A stretch of DNA of 64,000 bases. Source: an uncultured Alphaproteobacteria bacterium (GTDB lineage Bacteria; Pseudomonadota; Alphaproteobacteria; Rhizobiales; Aestuariivirgaceae). Position numbers and translations under genes: made by a program. A model generated the notes under the pieces. It searched no databases. It worked only from the letters and a program-made list of their open reading frames with translations, and was not told the origin of the DNA. Location: contig CAVZNM010000005.1 in assembly GCA_963776685.1 (NCBI GenBank), positions 90,475 to 154,474 of the forward strand, written 5' to 3'. Positions 32,027 through 42,454 of the stretch are shown one piece after another. Every line of letters starts with the position of its first letter. The stretch's first letter is position 1.

Positions 32027-32788
32027 GTGGATATCCTTGAAATCACCCTATTATTCGCAGGCGGCGTTCTGGCCGGCATTATCAATGTGATGGCCGGCGG
32101 GGCGGGCTTCATGACCTTTCCGCTGCTTGTAGCGGCGGGCATGAGCGAGATTGAGGCAAATGCCTCCAACTTTGTGGCGGTCCTGCCGGCAAATGTGGTG
32201 GGCAGTTATGTCTATCGCCACGAAATTCAGACGGTGCGCAAGCACCTGGCGCTGCGGCTGTTCCTGGCGGCATCGGGCGGCCTCATCGGTTCAATGATCC
32301 TGGTCTGGTCGGGTCAGGCTTCTTTCCAGAAGGCGATCCCCTGGCTGCTCCTGTTCGCGACCCTGTCCTTCGCACTGGGTCCCTGGCTGAAGGGCAAACT
32401 CGAGCGCGACTTTGCTTTCGACGGCAGCAAATGGCTGTGGCTGTCCTTCCTTCTGGAATTCGCCGTCTATGTCTATGGCGGTTATTTCGGCCTCGGCATG
32501 GGCATCGTCATGTTCGCCATTTATGCGATCTTTTCCCATTTGAGCATTCATCAGGCCAATGCCATCCGCAACGTCACGATCACGCTCATGACCCTGATCA
32601 GCATCGCGATCTTCGCGCGGGCCGGCGTCATTCGCTGGCTGCCGTCTCTGGTGATGATGGCGGGTGCCATCGTCGGCGGCTATGGCATGGTCAATGTGGC
32701 CAGGCGCGTGCCTATCCATCTAGTGCGGCGCGGCATCCTCGTCTGGGCCATCTGCCTCACGGGCTTTGCGTTCTGGAAATATCTTTGA
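32027..32788 (+). CDS. TSUP (TauE/SafE) family permease
   Basis: AGIINVMAGGAGFMTFP and YGGYFGLGMG motifs. Confidence 0.85.
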   Translation: MDILEITLLFAGGVLAGIINVMAGGAGFMTFPLLVAAGMSEIEANASNFVAVLPANVVGSYVYRHEIQTVRKHLALRLFLAASGGLIGSMILVWSGQASFQKAIPWLLLFATLSFALGPWLKGKLERDFAFDGSKWLWLSFLLEFAVYVYGGYFGLGMGIVMFAIYAIFSHLSIHQANAIRNVTITLMTLISIAIFARAGVIRWLPSLVMMAGAIVGGYGMVNVARRVPIHLVRRGILVWAICLTGFAFWKYL

Positions 32789-33653
32789 GCCTCGCCTCGC
32801 GGTGCGCCGCATAAATGCCGGTAACGACGACCAGCACCATTCCGGCATAGGCGAGCGCATCGGGATATTCGCCGAATACGGCAACGCCCGAGAGAATAGC
32901 AAAGAGCACGATCGAATAGCGGTAGGGCGCGGTCGCCGACAGATCGCCGAGCCGCAAGGTGGCGACCATGAACATGTAGCCGGTGCCCAAAAACACTGCG
33001 GCGCAGGCGAGGAGACCGATTTGCCAGAACTCCGGCACGATGAAGTCCTGGGTGAGCCCGAGCACGGCGCCGCCGACGGTAACGAAAACGGCATTCGCCA
33101 ATGCCACGATCAGTGTCGGCACCTTTGCCGGTATGCGCCGGGTGATGATGTCCCGCACCGCCAGTGACAGAACGATGGTCAGCGCGAAGGCCTCGTAGAT
33201 GGTGAAACTCTGTGGCGCCGGCTTGACGATCAGTAGAACGCCGATGAAGCCGACGATGATGGCGGCAGTCCGGCGTACCCCCACCTTTTCTCTCAAGAAT
33301 AGGACTGAAAGAACGGTGACCGCCAACGGCACCGCCTGCATGATGGCTGTGAGATTGGCGATCTGCATGTGCATGAGCGCGGTGATGAACAGCAGCGTAC
33401 CGACGAGATCCAGCATGGCTCGGATCAGCACGTTGCGGCTGAACATTAACGGCGCGCTGCCCAGAGCGCCCTCACGCAGACAAATGGCGGCAATGAACAA
33501 GGCTGCCATCAACCCCCGGATGGCGATGATCTCGCCGACCGGCAGGCTTCTGCCCACTAGCTTCACAAAACTGTCATTGATCACGAAGCTCGCCATGGCG
33601 AGAACCATGTAAAGGCCGGCGCGGAGTGGGACATTGGCGGGGAAGGCGAGCAT
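32757..33653 (-). CDS. DMT/EamA-family transporter
   Basis: LFLREKVGVRR, GFIGVLLIVKP and APYRY motifs. About 10 TM segments. Confidence 0.87.
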   Translation of the reverse strand: MLAFPANVPLRAGLYMVLAMASFVINDSFVKLVGRSLPVGEIIAIRGLMAALFIAAICLREGALGSAPLMFSRNVLIRAMLDLVGTLLFITALMHMQIANLTAIMQAVPLAVTVLSVLFLREKVGVRRTAAIIVGFIGVLLIVKPAPQSFTIYEAFALTIVLSLAVRDIITRRIPAKVPTLIVALANAVFVTVGGAVLGLTQDFIVPEFWQIGLLACAAVFLGTGYMFMVATLRLGDLSATAPYRYSIVLFAILSGVAVFGEYPDALAYAGMVLVVVTGIYAAHREARLKDISRTQSP

Positions 33654-33770
33654 GACTCCCGGTCTAGCCTGTCTCGCGGAAGCCGGGAATTGACAGAAAC
33701 GCATCCGCGCAATGCGCTTTGCATCGGCCGGACGGTCCAATATCATGCCATTCGACACGGTGGATTGGCC

Positions 33771-34127
33771 ATGCCCTCATCGCTTCAACTACGCCTGAAA
33801 CTGGTTCTAGGCCCGGATACGGCCCTGGGGCCCGGAAAGGCGGACCTGCTGGAGGCAATCGCTCAGGCGGGCTCCATCGCCGCAGCCGGTCGGCAATTGG
33901 GCATGAGCTACAAGCGCGCCTGGCTGCTGGTGGATACCATGAATGGCTGCTTCAAAACGCCGCTGGTATCCTCGGTGCGCGGCGGCAAGGGCGGCGGCGT
34001 CGCGCGGCTGACACCGGCAGGCAAGGACGTGTTGCAGCGCTTCCGCAATATCGAAAGGAAGACATTGGCTGGCAACCGCAATGACATCGCCGCACTAAAC
34101 GGGCTCGCCAAATTGACGCGGAAATAA
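33771..34127 (+). CDS. modE: ModE-family winged-helix regulator (HTH-only, no TOBE domain)
   Basis: LGPGKADLLEAI..GSIAAAGRQLGMSYKRAWLLVDTMN...GGKGGG.ARLT. 118 aa. Confidence 0.85.
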   Translation: MPSSLQLRLKLVLGPDTALGPGKADLLEAIAQAGSIAAAGRQLGMSYKRAWLLVDTMNGCFKTPLVSSVRGGKGGGVARLTPAGKDVLQRFRNIERKTLAGNRNDIAALNGLAKLTRK

Positions 34128-34159
34128 AGGAATTGACCAGCGCTGGACAAATTGCCGCC

Positions 34160-34187
34160 ATCGATATAGTTAAATGTACATATCGAT
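34160..34187. promoter_or_regulatory. ModE (Mo) box
   Basis: ATCGATAT-N12-ATATCGAT with perfect 8-bp arms, resembling the ATCGnTATA..TAnATAnCGAT Mo-box. Lies 14 nt upstream of the TSUP start. Confidence 0.75.
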
Positions 34188-34201
34188 TGGGCGCCTAGAT
34201 T

Positions 34202-34942
34202 ATGGATGGCAACGCGATTCTCCTGGCCGCTGGAATGTTTGTGGCGGCAATGCTGTATTCATCTGTGGGGCATGCCGGAGCCTCCGCCTATCTGGCGCTG
34301 ATGGCGCTATTCAGCCTGCCGCCGGCGGTGATGCGGCCCACCGCACTGGTCCTCAACATCTTGGTCGCCTCTCTGGTCTCGGCCCGCTTCCTGCTGGCGG
34401 GCGTATTCCGCTGGCGGGTGCTGTGGCCCTTTCTCATCGGCGCGGCGCCCTTTGCCTTGCTCGGCGGCTCACTACAGCTGCCCGGCCATTTCTACAAGCC
34501 CATCGTCGGTATCGTCCTGTTGATCGCCGCGGCGCGACTGCTCCTCCCTATTGGCCCGCCGGTGGCGAAGGACATCAGGGATCCGCCGGTCATTCCCGCG
34601 ATTGCCGGAGGTGCCGCGATCGGCTTTCTCTCCGGCCTGACCGGAACGGGTGGCGGCATTTTCCTGTCGCCGCTCATCCTGTTTCTCGGCTGGGCCGAAA
34701 CCCGCGTCATCTCGGGTGTAGCCGCGGTCTTCATTCTCTGCAATTCCACTGCGGGCCTGCTTGGCAATCTCGCCTCCGTCGGTTCTCTGCCGGGGCAATT
34801 GCCATTTTATGCAGCGGCCGTTATCGCCGGTGCGGCGCTGGGTTCGACCCTCGGTGTCAAGCGTCTGCCGCGCGAAATGATCCTCAAGGCCCTCGGCCTG
34901 GTGCTCACTGTGGCGGGATTGAAGCTGATTTTCTTCAGCTGA
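34202..34942 (+). CDS. TSUP (TauE/SafE) family permease
   Basis: YSSVGHAGASAY and SGLTGTGGGIFLSP motifs. Confidence 0.87.
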   Translation: MDGNAILLAAGMFVAAMLYSSVGHAGASAYLALMALFSLPPAVMRPTALVLNILVASLVSARFLLAGVFRWRVLWPFLIGAAPFALLGGSLQLPGHFYKPIVGIVLLIAAARLLLPIGPPVAKDIRDPPVIPAIAGGAAIGFLSGLTGTGGGIFLSPLILFLGWAETRVISGVAAVFILCNSTAGLLGNLASVGSLPGQLPFYAAAVIAGAALGSTLGVKRLPREMILKALGLVLTVAGLKLIFFS

Positions 34943-34945
34943 AAA

Positions 34946-35980
34946 TCAACCGCCGGTGACGCTCATGTGGCGGGACAGCGCCGGCTTGTTGTGGCGGCGG
35001 TCGATGATGAAGTCGTGGCCCTTGGGCTTGCGGGTGATCGCCTCGTCGATGGCGGCATTGAGCAGATCGTTGCCTTCCGAGGCGCGCAAGGGAGCCCGCA
35101 GATCGGCGGCGTCCTCCTGGCCCAGGCACATGTAGAGCGTGCCGGTGCAGGTGAGCCGCACCCGGTTGCAGCTCTCGCAGAAATTATGGGTGAGCGGCGT
35201 GATGAAGCCGAGGCGGCCGCCGGTCTCCTTAACCCGCACATAGCGCGCCGGGTCCGCCGGTCTTGTAGGGAATATCCTCGAGCGTGAAGCGGTCCAGCAA
35301 TTGGCCGCGCACCACCGAAAGCGGCAGATACTGATCGGTGCGGTCGCCTTCGATGTCGCCGAGCGGCATGGTTTCGATCAGCGTCAGGTCCATGCCCTCG
35401 CCATGCGCCCAGCGGATCATCTCGGGAATTTCCTGCTCGTTGACGCCCTTGAGCGCCACCGCATTGATCTTGATGGCGAGGCCCGCGGCCTGCGCGGCGC
35501 GCGATGCCCTCCTTGCACCTTGGCGAGATCGCCCCAGCGGGTGATCTTCTTGAACTTCGCGGCATCGAGCGTGTCGACCGACACATTGATGCGGCGCACG
35601 CCATGGGCGGCGAGCTCGCTCGCATATTTGGCAAGCTGGCTGCCATTGGTGGTGAGCGTCAGTTCGTCGAGCGCGCCAGAGCGCAAATGGCGGCCAAGGC
35701 TTTCAACCAGCGTCATGATACCCTTGCGCACCAGGGGCTCGCCGCCGGTGAGCCTGATCTTGCGCACGCCCTTGTCGATGAAGGCGCGCACGACCCGGTC
35801 GAGTTCTTCGAGCGTCAGCAGGTCCTTCTTGGGCAGGAACGTCATGTCCTCCGCCATGCAATAGACACAGCGGAAATCGCAGCGATCGGTCACCGAGACG
35901 CGCAAATAGGTGACATGCCGACCGAACGGATCGATCAGGGGAGCGGCACCCGCGGCAATGGGCCGGACAAATTCGTTCAT
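34946..35980 (-). CDS. moaA: GTP 3',8-cyclase (frameshifted)
   Basis: [31 protein letters not shown]...CL and C-terminal MSVTGG. Confidence 0.93.
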
Positions 35981-36034
35981 GCAGCCATATCTGGCGCTGC
36001 TGGACCCCGGGGTCAAGGGGAAGGATTTGCTCCC

Positions 36035-36112
36035 AGCGCGCTTTCCGCTTGGGTGGAATCACCCAAGCGAAATGAAATCGCGCAGGCCAACTACTTGGAG
36101 CATGTTCCTATT
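36035..36112. repeat. Rhizobial-type intergenic palindromic element (partial)
   Basis: Perfect hairpin CGCTTGGGTG-GAAT-CACCCAAGCG (36046-36069) followed by TTGGAGCATGTTCC. Family assignment is from recollection and unverified. Confidence 0.45.
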
Positions 36113-36162
36113 GCCAAGGTGACACGAAACAAGTGAGCCTTGCTTTCAGACGGAGACCACCC

Positions 36163-37421
36163 ATGCCCGCCCTCGAACGCCCCAGTCTGGTTGACTATCG
36201 CAACAACGGCAGAAAGGTGAAGCCCACCTTTTCCGCCGCCGAGATGCAGCGCCGCCAGGACAATATCCGCGGCTGGATGGCCAAGAGCAATGTCGATGCC
36301 TGCCTGTTCACCTCCTACCACAACATCTGCTACCTCGCCGACTTCCTCTATTGCTACTTCGGCCGCAAATACGGGCTGGTGATTACCCAGAAGGCGGCCA
36401 CCTCGGTGACGGCGGCAATCGACGGCGGCCAGCCCGCCAGGCGCACCTTCGGCGACAATGTCACCTACACCGACTGGTCGAAGGACAATTATTTCCACGC
36501 GGTCAAAGGCCTGACCAAGGGCGCCAAGCGCATCGGCATCGAGTTCGATCACGTCAATCTGGACTTCCGGAAGCAGTTGCAGGACGCGCTACCGGGCGTG
36601 GAGTTCGTCGGATGTGGCGGCTCCCTCCATGCGCATGCGCATGATCAAGTCGGCCGAGGAGATCAGGCACATCACCAAAATGGCGAAGATCGCCGACATC
36701 GGCGGCGCGGCGGTGCGTCGAAGCCGTGGCGGTCGGCGTTCCGGAGCACGAGGTGGCGCTGCATTCGACCCAGGCGATGGTGCGCGAAATCGCCAAGGTC
36801 TGGCCCCACGCCGAACTCATGGACACCTGGACCTGGTTCCAGTCGGGGATCAACACCGACGGCGCCCACAATCCGGTGACCAGCCGCAAGATCAGAAGGG
36901 GCGATATCCTCAGTCTCAACTGCTTCCCGATGGTTGCGGGTTATTACGTGGCGCTCGAGCGGACTTTGTTCGCCGAGACTGCCTCGAAGGACCATGTCCG
37001 GCTCTGGGAAATCAATTGCCATGTCCATGACGAGGGCAAGAAGCTGTTGGTTCCCGGCACCAGATGCTCCGACATCGCCAAGACGCTGAACGACATCTAC
37101 GCCCAGCCACGATCTGCTGAAATATCGCACGTTCGGCTATGGCCATTCCTTCGGCGTGCTCTGCCACTACTACGGCCGCGAGGCGCGGACTCGAACTGCG
37201 CGAAGACTGCGACACGGTGCTGGAGCCGGGCATGGTGGTATCCATGGAACCGATGATCATGATTCCCGAGGGCCAGAAAGGCGCCGGCGGCTATCGCGAG
37301 CACGATATTCTGGTCGATCACCGAAAAGGGCAACCGGAACATTACCGGCTTCCCCTATGGCCCCGAACACCTGATCGTGAAAGCGGGAGGCAAGCGGAAA
37401 CCCGCGAAGCGGAAACACTGA
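36163..37421 (+). CDS. Creatinase (M24 family; frameshifted)
   Basis: FTSYHNI.Y, YCYFGRKYG, WFQSGINTDGAHNP, LCHYYGRE, EPMI, GYREHDIL and FPYGPEH motifs. Confidence 0.87.
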
Positions 37422-37503
37422 CAAGGCGCTTCCCACGCGCAGGCTTGCATCATATGATGCCGGGCAAAACGGCAGCCGGACCATCGGGCGAGACGTTAGG
37501 GGA

Positions 37504-38622
37504 ATGATCAGCATGACCGCGGCAAGCGAAGCCATGGTGCGCTTCGTCAAGGTGCAGAAGAGCTATGATGGCGAAACTCTCGTCGTCAAGAATTTCAACC
37601 TCGACATTGCCAAGGGCGAGTTCCTGACCATGCTGGGGCCGTCGGGTTCCGGCAAGACCACGACCCTGATGATGCTGGCGGGTTTCGAACCGGCAACCCA
37701 TGGCGAGATATTTCTGAAGGGCCAGCCGATCAACAACGTGCCGCCGCACAAGCGCGGCATCGGCATGGTGTTCCAGAACTATGCGCTCTTCCCGCATATG
37801 ACGGTGAACGAAAATCTCGCCTTCCCGCTGCAGGTCCGCAATATCGGCAAGGCCGAGGTTGAAGATCGAGTGAAGAAGGTGCTCAAGATGGTGGAACTGC
37901 CCCATATGGGCAACCGCCGCCCGGGCCAGCTTTCCGGCGGCCAGCAGCAGCGCATCGCCGTGGCCCGCGCCCTGGTTTTCGAGCCCGATCTCGTTCTGAT
38001 GGACGAGCCGCTCGGCGCCCTCGACAAGCAGTTGCGCGAGCAGATGCAATACGAGATCAAGCACATTCACGACCGGCTCGGCGTCACCGTCGTCTATGTC
38101 ACGCACGACCAGGCGGAAGCACTCACCATGTCGAACCGCATCGCCGTCTTCAACGACGGCGTGGTGCAGCAACTGTCATCGCCGGACGACCTCTACGAGC
38201 GGCCGCAGAATTCCTTTGTCGCCCAGTTCATTGGCGAGAACAACAAGCTGAAGGGCACCGTCGCCGAGATCGGCAAGGACAAGATCGCCACCGTAAGGCT
38301 CGATTCGGGCGACGTGGTGAAGGCGCTGGCCGTCAATGCCGGCAGCAAGGGCGATCGCACGCTGCTGTCGCTGCGTCCCGAGCGTGTCGATATCAATCCC
38401 TCGACCGAGACCGCCGATGTCATTCTGAAGGGCCGGATCGCCGAATTGATCTATCTCGGCGATCACATCCGGGCCCGCCTCGAGGTGGCCGGTCACAACA
38501 ATTTCATCGTAAAAGTGCCAAACAAGGCCGGCAGCGACGCGATCGCCGAAGGAAAAGACGTTAAGGTGGGTTGGCTCGCCAAGGACTGCCGGGCGCTTGA
38601 TTATATCGAACTGCAACACTGA
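37504..38622 (+). CDS. PotA-like ABC ATP-binding protein
   Basis: [16 protein letters not shown] and [10 protein letters not shown] motifs. C-terminal TOBE-like region. Confidence 0.9.
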   Translation: MISMTAASEAMVRFVKVQKSYDGETLVVKNFNLDIAKGEFLTMLGPSGSGKTTTLMMLAGFEPATHGEIFLKGQPINNVPPHKRGIGMVFQNYALFPHMTVNENLAFPLQVRNIGKAEVEDRVKKVLKMVELPHMGNRRPGQLSGGQQQRIAVARALVFEPDLVLMDEPLGALDKQLREQMQYEIKHIHDRLGVTVVYVTHDQAEALTMSNRIAVFNDGVVQQLSSPDDLYERPQNSFVAQFIGENNKLKGTVAEIGKDKIATVRLDSGDVVKALAVNAGSKGDRTLLSLRPERVDINPSTETADVILKGRIAELIYLGDHIRARLEVAGHNNFIVKVPNKAGSDAIAEGKDVKVGWLAKDCRALDYIELQH

Positions 38623-38639
38623 AGCGGAGAGGAGGCATC

Positions 38640-39351
38640 ATGCGGCGCGGGAAATCGAGCATCTCGCCCATTGCCGCGTTGCTCCTCGCAATCGTTGCGT
38701 GGCTGTGGCCGCAGCCGCAAGTCCGCAGCCAGGAGTCCGACGTCGATCTCGCCCTGGTTCTGGCGATCGATTGCTCCTTCAGCGTCGATGCCAATGAATT
38801 CCGCCTGCAGATGGAGGGTCTCGGCCGCGCCCTCATGCGCGACGACGTCAAGGCCGCCATCCGCAGGGGCGACAGGCAGCGCATCGCCGTTACCGCCATG
38901 CAATGGTCCGACGAAACCAACCAGATGGTGGTGCTGCCGTGGACGATTATCGCCGGCGACGCCGATGCCGACGAGGTCGGGGCTATTCTGGAGCGCATGC
39001 CGCGGCGGCTGGCCGAGGGTGGAACCTCGATTTCGACGGCGCTCACTCTATGGCGCGGCCCTGTTCGCGGCGGCTCCTCCCGCCAGCCGCCGGGTCATCG
39101 ACGTCTCCTCCGACGGCCGCAACAATATCGGGCCGCCGGTCAACGCCGCCCGCGACCGTATCGTCGCGCAGGGCATCACCATCAACGCGCTGGCCATTCT
39201 CAACGAATGGCCGACGCTCGATATCTATTTCGAGAGGCAGGTGGTGGGCGGGCAGGGGCATTTCGTCATCCCGGCCAATGACTATGCCGCCTATGCCGAG
39301 GCCATCTACCGAAAATTGCTCAAGGAAATAACCGGCCCAGGCATTTCCTGA
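38640..39351 (+). CDS. DUF1194 (vWA-like) exported protein (one frameshift)
   Basis: LAIDCSFSVD, VIDVSSDGRNN and TINALAI. Confidence 0.8.
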
Positions 39352-39430
39352 CTTTGCAATAACCTCGCGGTGTTAACCTCCCGGCGAAAGGCGCGCCCCT
39401 TGCCGATTGGAATATGATAGAGGCGGACTT

Positions 39431-40051
39431 GTGAGCGACGACAAATTCAATGATGTCCGCTGGCTGATCGGTGCCATCGCCCAAGAACTGAAAAAGCGTG
39501 GCGGCGAGGGCACGGCACGTGTTCTCGAACGGCTGGCGCAACAGGAGATGGACGCGGCGCAATTCCGCGATTCCGCGCCGCATCGCCAACCGGTCTGCAT
39601 TCATCTCGCCCAATGCATTGCCGAGACCATCCTGGTTGATGCCAATCTCGCGGCAGCGCTTGCCGCCGTCGAGGACCGGCTGAACTGGTGCCAGTCCGCC
39701 AGCTACAGCGATGCCGTATTGGGCGAAGGCTTTATGGCCAATTACGGCTGGTGCGAGATCGTGGGTTCTGCCGGATTTTTTCCCGGCGCCGATTTTCGCC
39801 TCGGACTGCTGCTGTTGGGCGCCCATCGCCATTACAAGGACCACTATCATCCCGCCCCGGAACTCTATTGGACGTTGACCGGCCCTTCCGACTGGAAGCG
39901 GGGAGCCGGCGGATTCGAGACGCGGGCAGCGGGCGAGACCATCTGGCACAAGCCTTTCGTCATGCACGCGACCAGGACCCTGGATACGCCGCTCCTGGCA
40001 GTCTGGTGCTGGACTGAGGACACCGCCACGCCCGCCAAGCTCGCCGGTTAG
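39431..40051 (+). CDS. Cupin of the DMSP-lyase (DddQ/DddL-like) family
   Basis: YKDHYHPAPELYWTLTG and HKPFVMHATRT...PLLAVWCW motifs. Confidence 0.7.
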   Translation: MSDDKFNDVRWLIGAIAQELKKRGGEGTARVLERLAQQEMDAAQFRDSAPHRQPVCIHLAQCIAETILVDANLAAALAAVEDRLNWCQSASYSDAVLGEGFMANYGWCEIVGSAGFFPGADFRLGLLLLGAHRHYKDHYHPAPELYWTLTGPSDWKRGAGGFETRAAGETIWHKPFVMHATRTLDTPLLAVWCWTEDTATPAKLAG

Positions 40052-40059
40052 TGGAAAGC

Positions 40060-40884
40060 ATGAACGTGTTGCGCATCGCCGTGCTCATATGCCTGTTCGC
40101 CTATGTCGGCGCCGCGGTGGCGATGTATTTAATGCAGCGAAGCCTGCTTTACTATCCGGAGAATAAGGGCTTGACACCGGAGGCCATCGGGCTTGCTGGA
40201 GTGCAGGTCGTCCATCTCGATACGAGCGATGGCGAGCGCATCGTCGCCTGGTACGCTGCACCCAAACCGGGCCGGCCGGTAATCATCTATTTCCACGGCA
40301 ATGCCGGAGAGATTGGAGATAGGCGCGGGCGATTCGAATATATCGCCGGGCGCGGTTTCGGTGTCCTGTTTGTATCTTATCGCGGATTCGGCGGCAGTAC
40401 CGGCGAAATTTCCGAAGCCGGCCTCATAACAGATGCGGTCACCTCTTACGATTGGCTGATTGGGCAGGGCGTGGCGCCAAGGCAAATCGCCCTCCTGGGT
40501 GAGTCGCTGGGCACCGGTGTCGCCGTTCAATTGGCCGCACGGAAACCAGTCGGCGCTATTGCGTTGGAGGCACCCTATACATCGACCGCCGATATAGCGG
40601 CGGCGATTTACTGGTGGCTGCCGGTGCGCCTGTTGATGAAGGATCAATTCCGCTCGATGGACCACATTGGCGCGGTTAAAGCGCCGCTGCTGGTCACCCA
40701 TGGCGAAGCCGATACGCTGATCCCGGTTGAGCATGGCAAGGCACTCTTTGCCGCAGCCAATGAACCGAAGGAATTGGTTGTCGTTCCCCAAGCCGGACAT
40801 GATGCTGTGTTCGATGAATCGACATGGGCACGCGAGCTTGAATTCTTCGGCCGGCATGCGATGCCGAAGTCTACCATTCAATAA
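40060..40884 (+). CDS. Alpha/beta hydrolase with N-terminal membrane anchor
   Basis: FHGNAG, SYRGFG, GESLG, HGEAD and AGHD motifs. Confidence 0.87.
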   Translation: MNVLRIAVLICLFAYVGAAVAMYLMQRSLLYYPENKGLTPEAIGLAGVQVVHLDTSDGERIVAWYAAPKPGRPVIIYFHGNAGEIGDRRGRFEYIAGRGFGVLFVSYRGFGGSTGEISEAGLITDAVTSYDWLIGQGVAPRQIALLGESLGTGVAVQLAARKPVGAIALEAPYTSTADIAAAIYWWLPVRLLMKDQFRSMDHIGAVKAPLLVTHGEADTLIPVEHGKALFAAANEPKELVVVPQAGHDAVFDESTWARELEFFGRHAMPKSTIQ

Positions 40885-42335
40885 CCCGGCGGCGGCACGA
40901 AAGCGGCATAGTCGCGCTCGATCAGTTCGGCGAAACGGATCGAGGTGTAGTCGCCGTATTGCCGGGAGACGATTTGCACGCCCGACGGCAGGCCCTGCGG
41001 CGTGAGCCCGATGGGAGCAACCGTCGAGGGCAGATAGAAGCAGCCCGAATAGCCGGCCCAGAACAATTGATCGGTGGCCGGCACCTCCCTGCCATTGACC
41101 GGGATCGTTCGCTCATGCCGTTCGCCTACATGATCGTGCAGAAACGCCGCCGATGCCGCCGCCGGACAAAGCAGCACGTCCCAATCCTCGAAAAAGGCCT
41201 CCCACAAGAGGCGCATCTGGTGGCGGCGTTCGTTCACCATGAGCCACGAGCGGTGCGGCATCACATAGGCGCGCACCATTTGCGCGTAGTAGGTGTGGTC
41301 ATCGGGCGCGAATTCATCGACGTTGGCGGCATTGGCGGCAAATTCCTCTTCCGTCTGCCGCCGGCTCGTCGCCGACCGCAACAGCGCGATATAGACATCC
41401 ATCGCCTCGCGCGTCGAAAACTGCGGCCGGGCCGTCATCGACAGCTTCTTCGTCCGTTTGGCCAGAAACTGCGCCAGGCGCGCCAGCAAATCCTGCACCG
41501 GCTGATCGACGTCGCTGACCGGATCGGTCAGCATGACGGCGACGCGAAAGTCTTTGAAGCTCTTCTGCCGCGCCGGGGGCAGATGAAAACGCAGGCCCCG
41601 CGCATCCGGGCCGTCGCTGCCCACCAGCAGTTTCATCATCGCCGCCAGATCGCGCGCCGAACGCGCCAGCGGCCCTGCCACGGTAATGTCGGATGGCTGC
41701 ACGATGCCCGGCAGGAAATGGCCGCGATAGGGAACGACGTTGTAGGTCGGCTTATGGCCGTAAACGCCGCAATAATGCGCCGGGTTGCGGATCGAGGCGC
41801 CGATGTCGGAGCCGATTTCGAGCGCACTCATGCCGCTCGCCAGTGCCGCCGCCGAGCCGCCGGAAGAACCGCCCGGCGAGCGCGCAACATCCCACGGATT
41901 GTTGGTGGTGCCGTAAATTTCGTTGTAGCTCTGCCAATCGGCCAGCATCAGCGGCACATTGGTCTTGCCGTAGATGACGGCGCCGGCCTGCGTCAGCCGA
42001 TTGAGCGCCACGGCATCGGTCTTGGCGATATTGTCCTTGAAGCGGGGGTTCCCCCAGGTTGACGGCGTGCCGGTCCAGTCGAAGGATTCCTTTGCCGTCA
42101 TCGGCACGCCGTCGAAGGGACCGATGGGTCTGCCGCGTTTGAGGCGCCGGTCGGCGGCCGCCGCCGCGCGCCGGGCCCGGTCAATATCCGTGACGACAAT
42201 CGCATTGAGATTGTCGTTGTGACGGGCGTACTGGTCGAGACATAGGTCAAGCAGGGCACGGGCCGATATCTTGCGGGCGCGCAACAGCCGGGCGAGGTCC
42301 GTCGCGGAGCGGAATACGAGAGGCAAAGGGGCCAT
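40878..42335 (-). CDS. Amidase-signature family amidase
   Basis: KTNVP, GGSSGGSAAA and GSDIGASIRNPA motifs. Confidence 0.9.
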   Translation of the reverse strand: MAPLPLVFRSATDLARLLRARKISARALLDLCLDQYARHNDNLNAIVVTDIDRARRAAAAADRRLKRGRPIGPFDGVPMTAKESFDWTGTPSTWGNPRFKDNIAKTDAVALNRLTQAGAVIYGKTNVPLMLADWQSYNEIYGTTNNPWDVARSPGGSSGGSAAALASGMSALEIGSDIGASIRNPAHYCGVYGHKPTYNVVPYRGHFLPGIVQPSDITVAGPLARSARDLAAMMKLLVGSDGPDARGLRFHLPPARQKSFKDFRVAVMLTDPVSDVDQPVQDLLARLAQFLAKRTKKLSMTARPQFSTREAMDVYIALLRSATSRRQTEEEFAANAANVDEFAPDDHTYYAQMVRAYVMPHRSWLMVNERRHQMRLLWEAFFEDWDVLLCPAAASAAFLHDHVGERHERTIPVNGREVPATDQLFWAGYSGCFYLPSTVAPIGLTPQGLPSGVQIVSRQYGDYTSIRFAELIERDYAAFVPPPGY

Positions 42336-42454
42336 GGAATCGTCCTTTGCAGCGAGCCTAGCGGTGGTGCCGTCCGCTGGGAAGCTGCGTGATGCCGGAG
42401 AGGAGTCCACCGAAGCGCGAGCCTCGAAGCATCAGGGTGAGGGGAAGGTGGAGA

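Noticed and set aside
42410-42445. REP-like fragment CGAAGCGCGAGCCTCGAAGCATCAGGGTGAGGG
   Set aside because: Single degenerate copy without a complete palindrome. It cannot be supported from this window alone.
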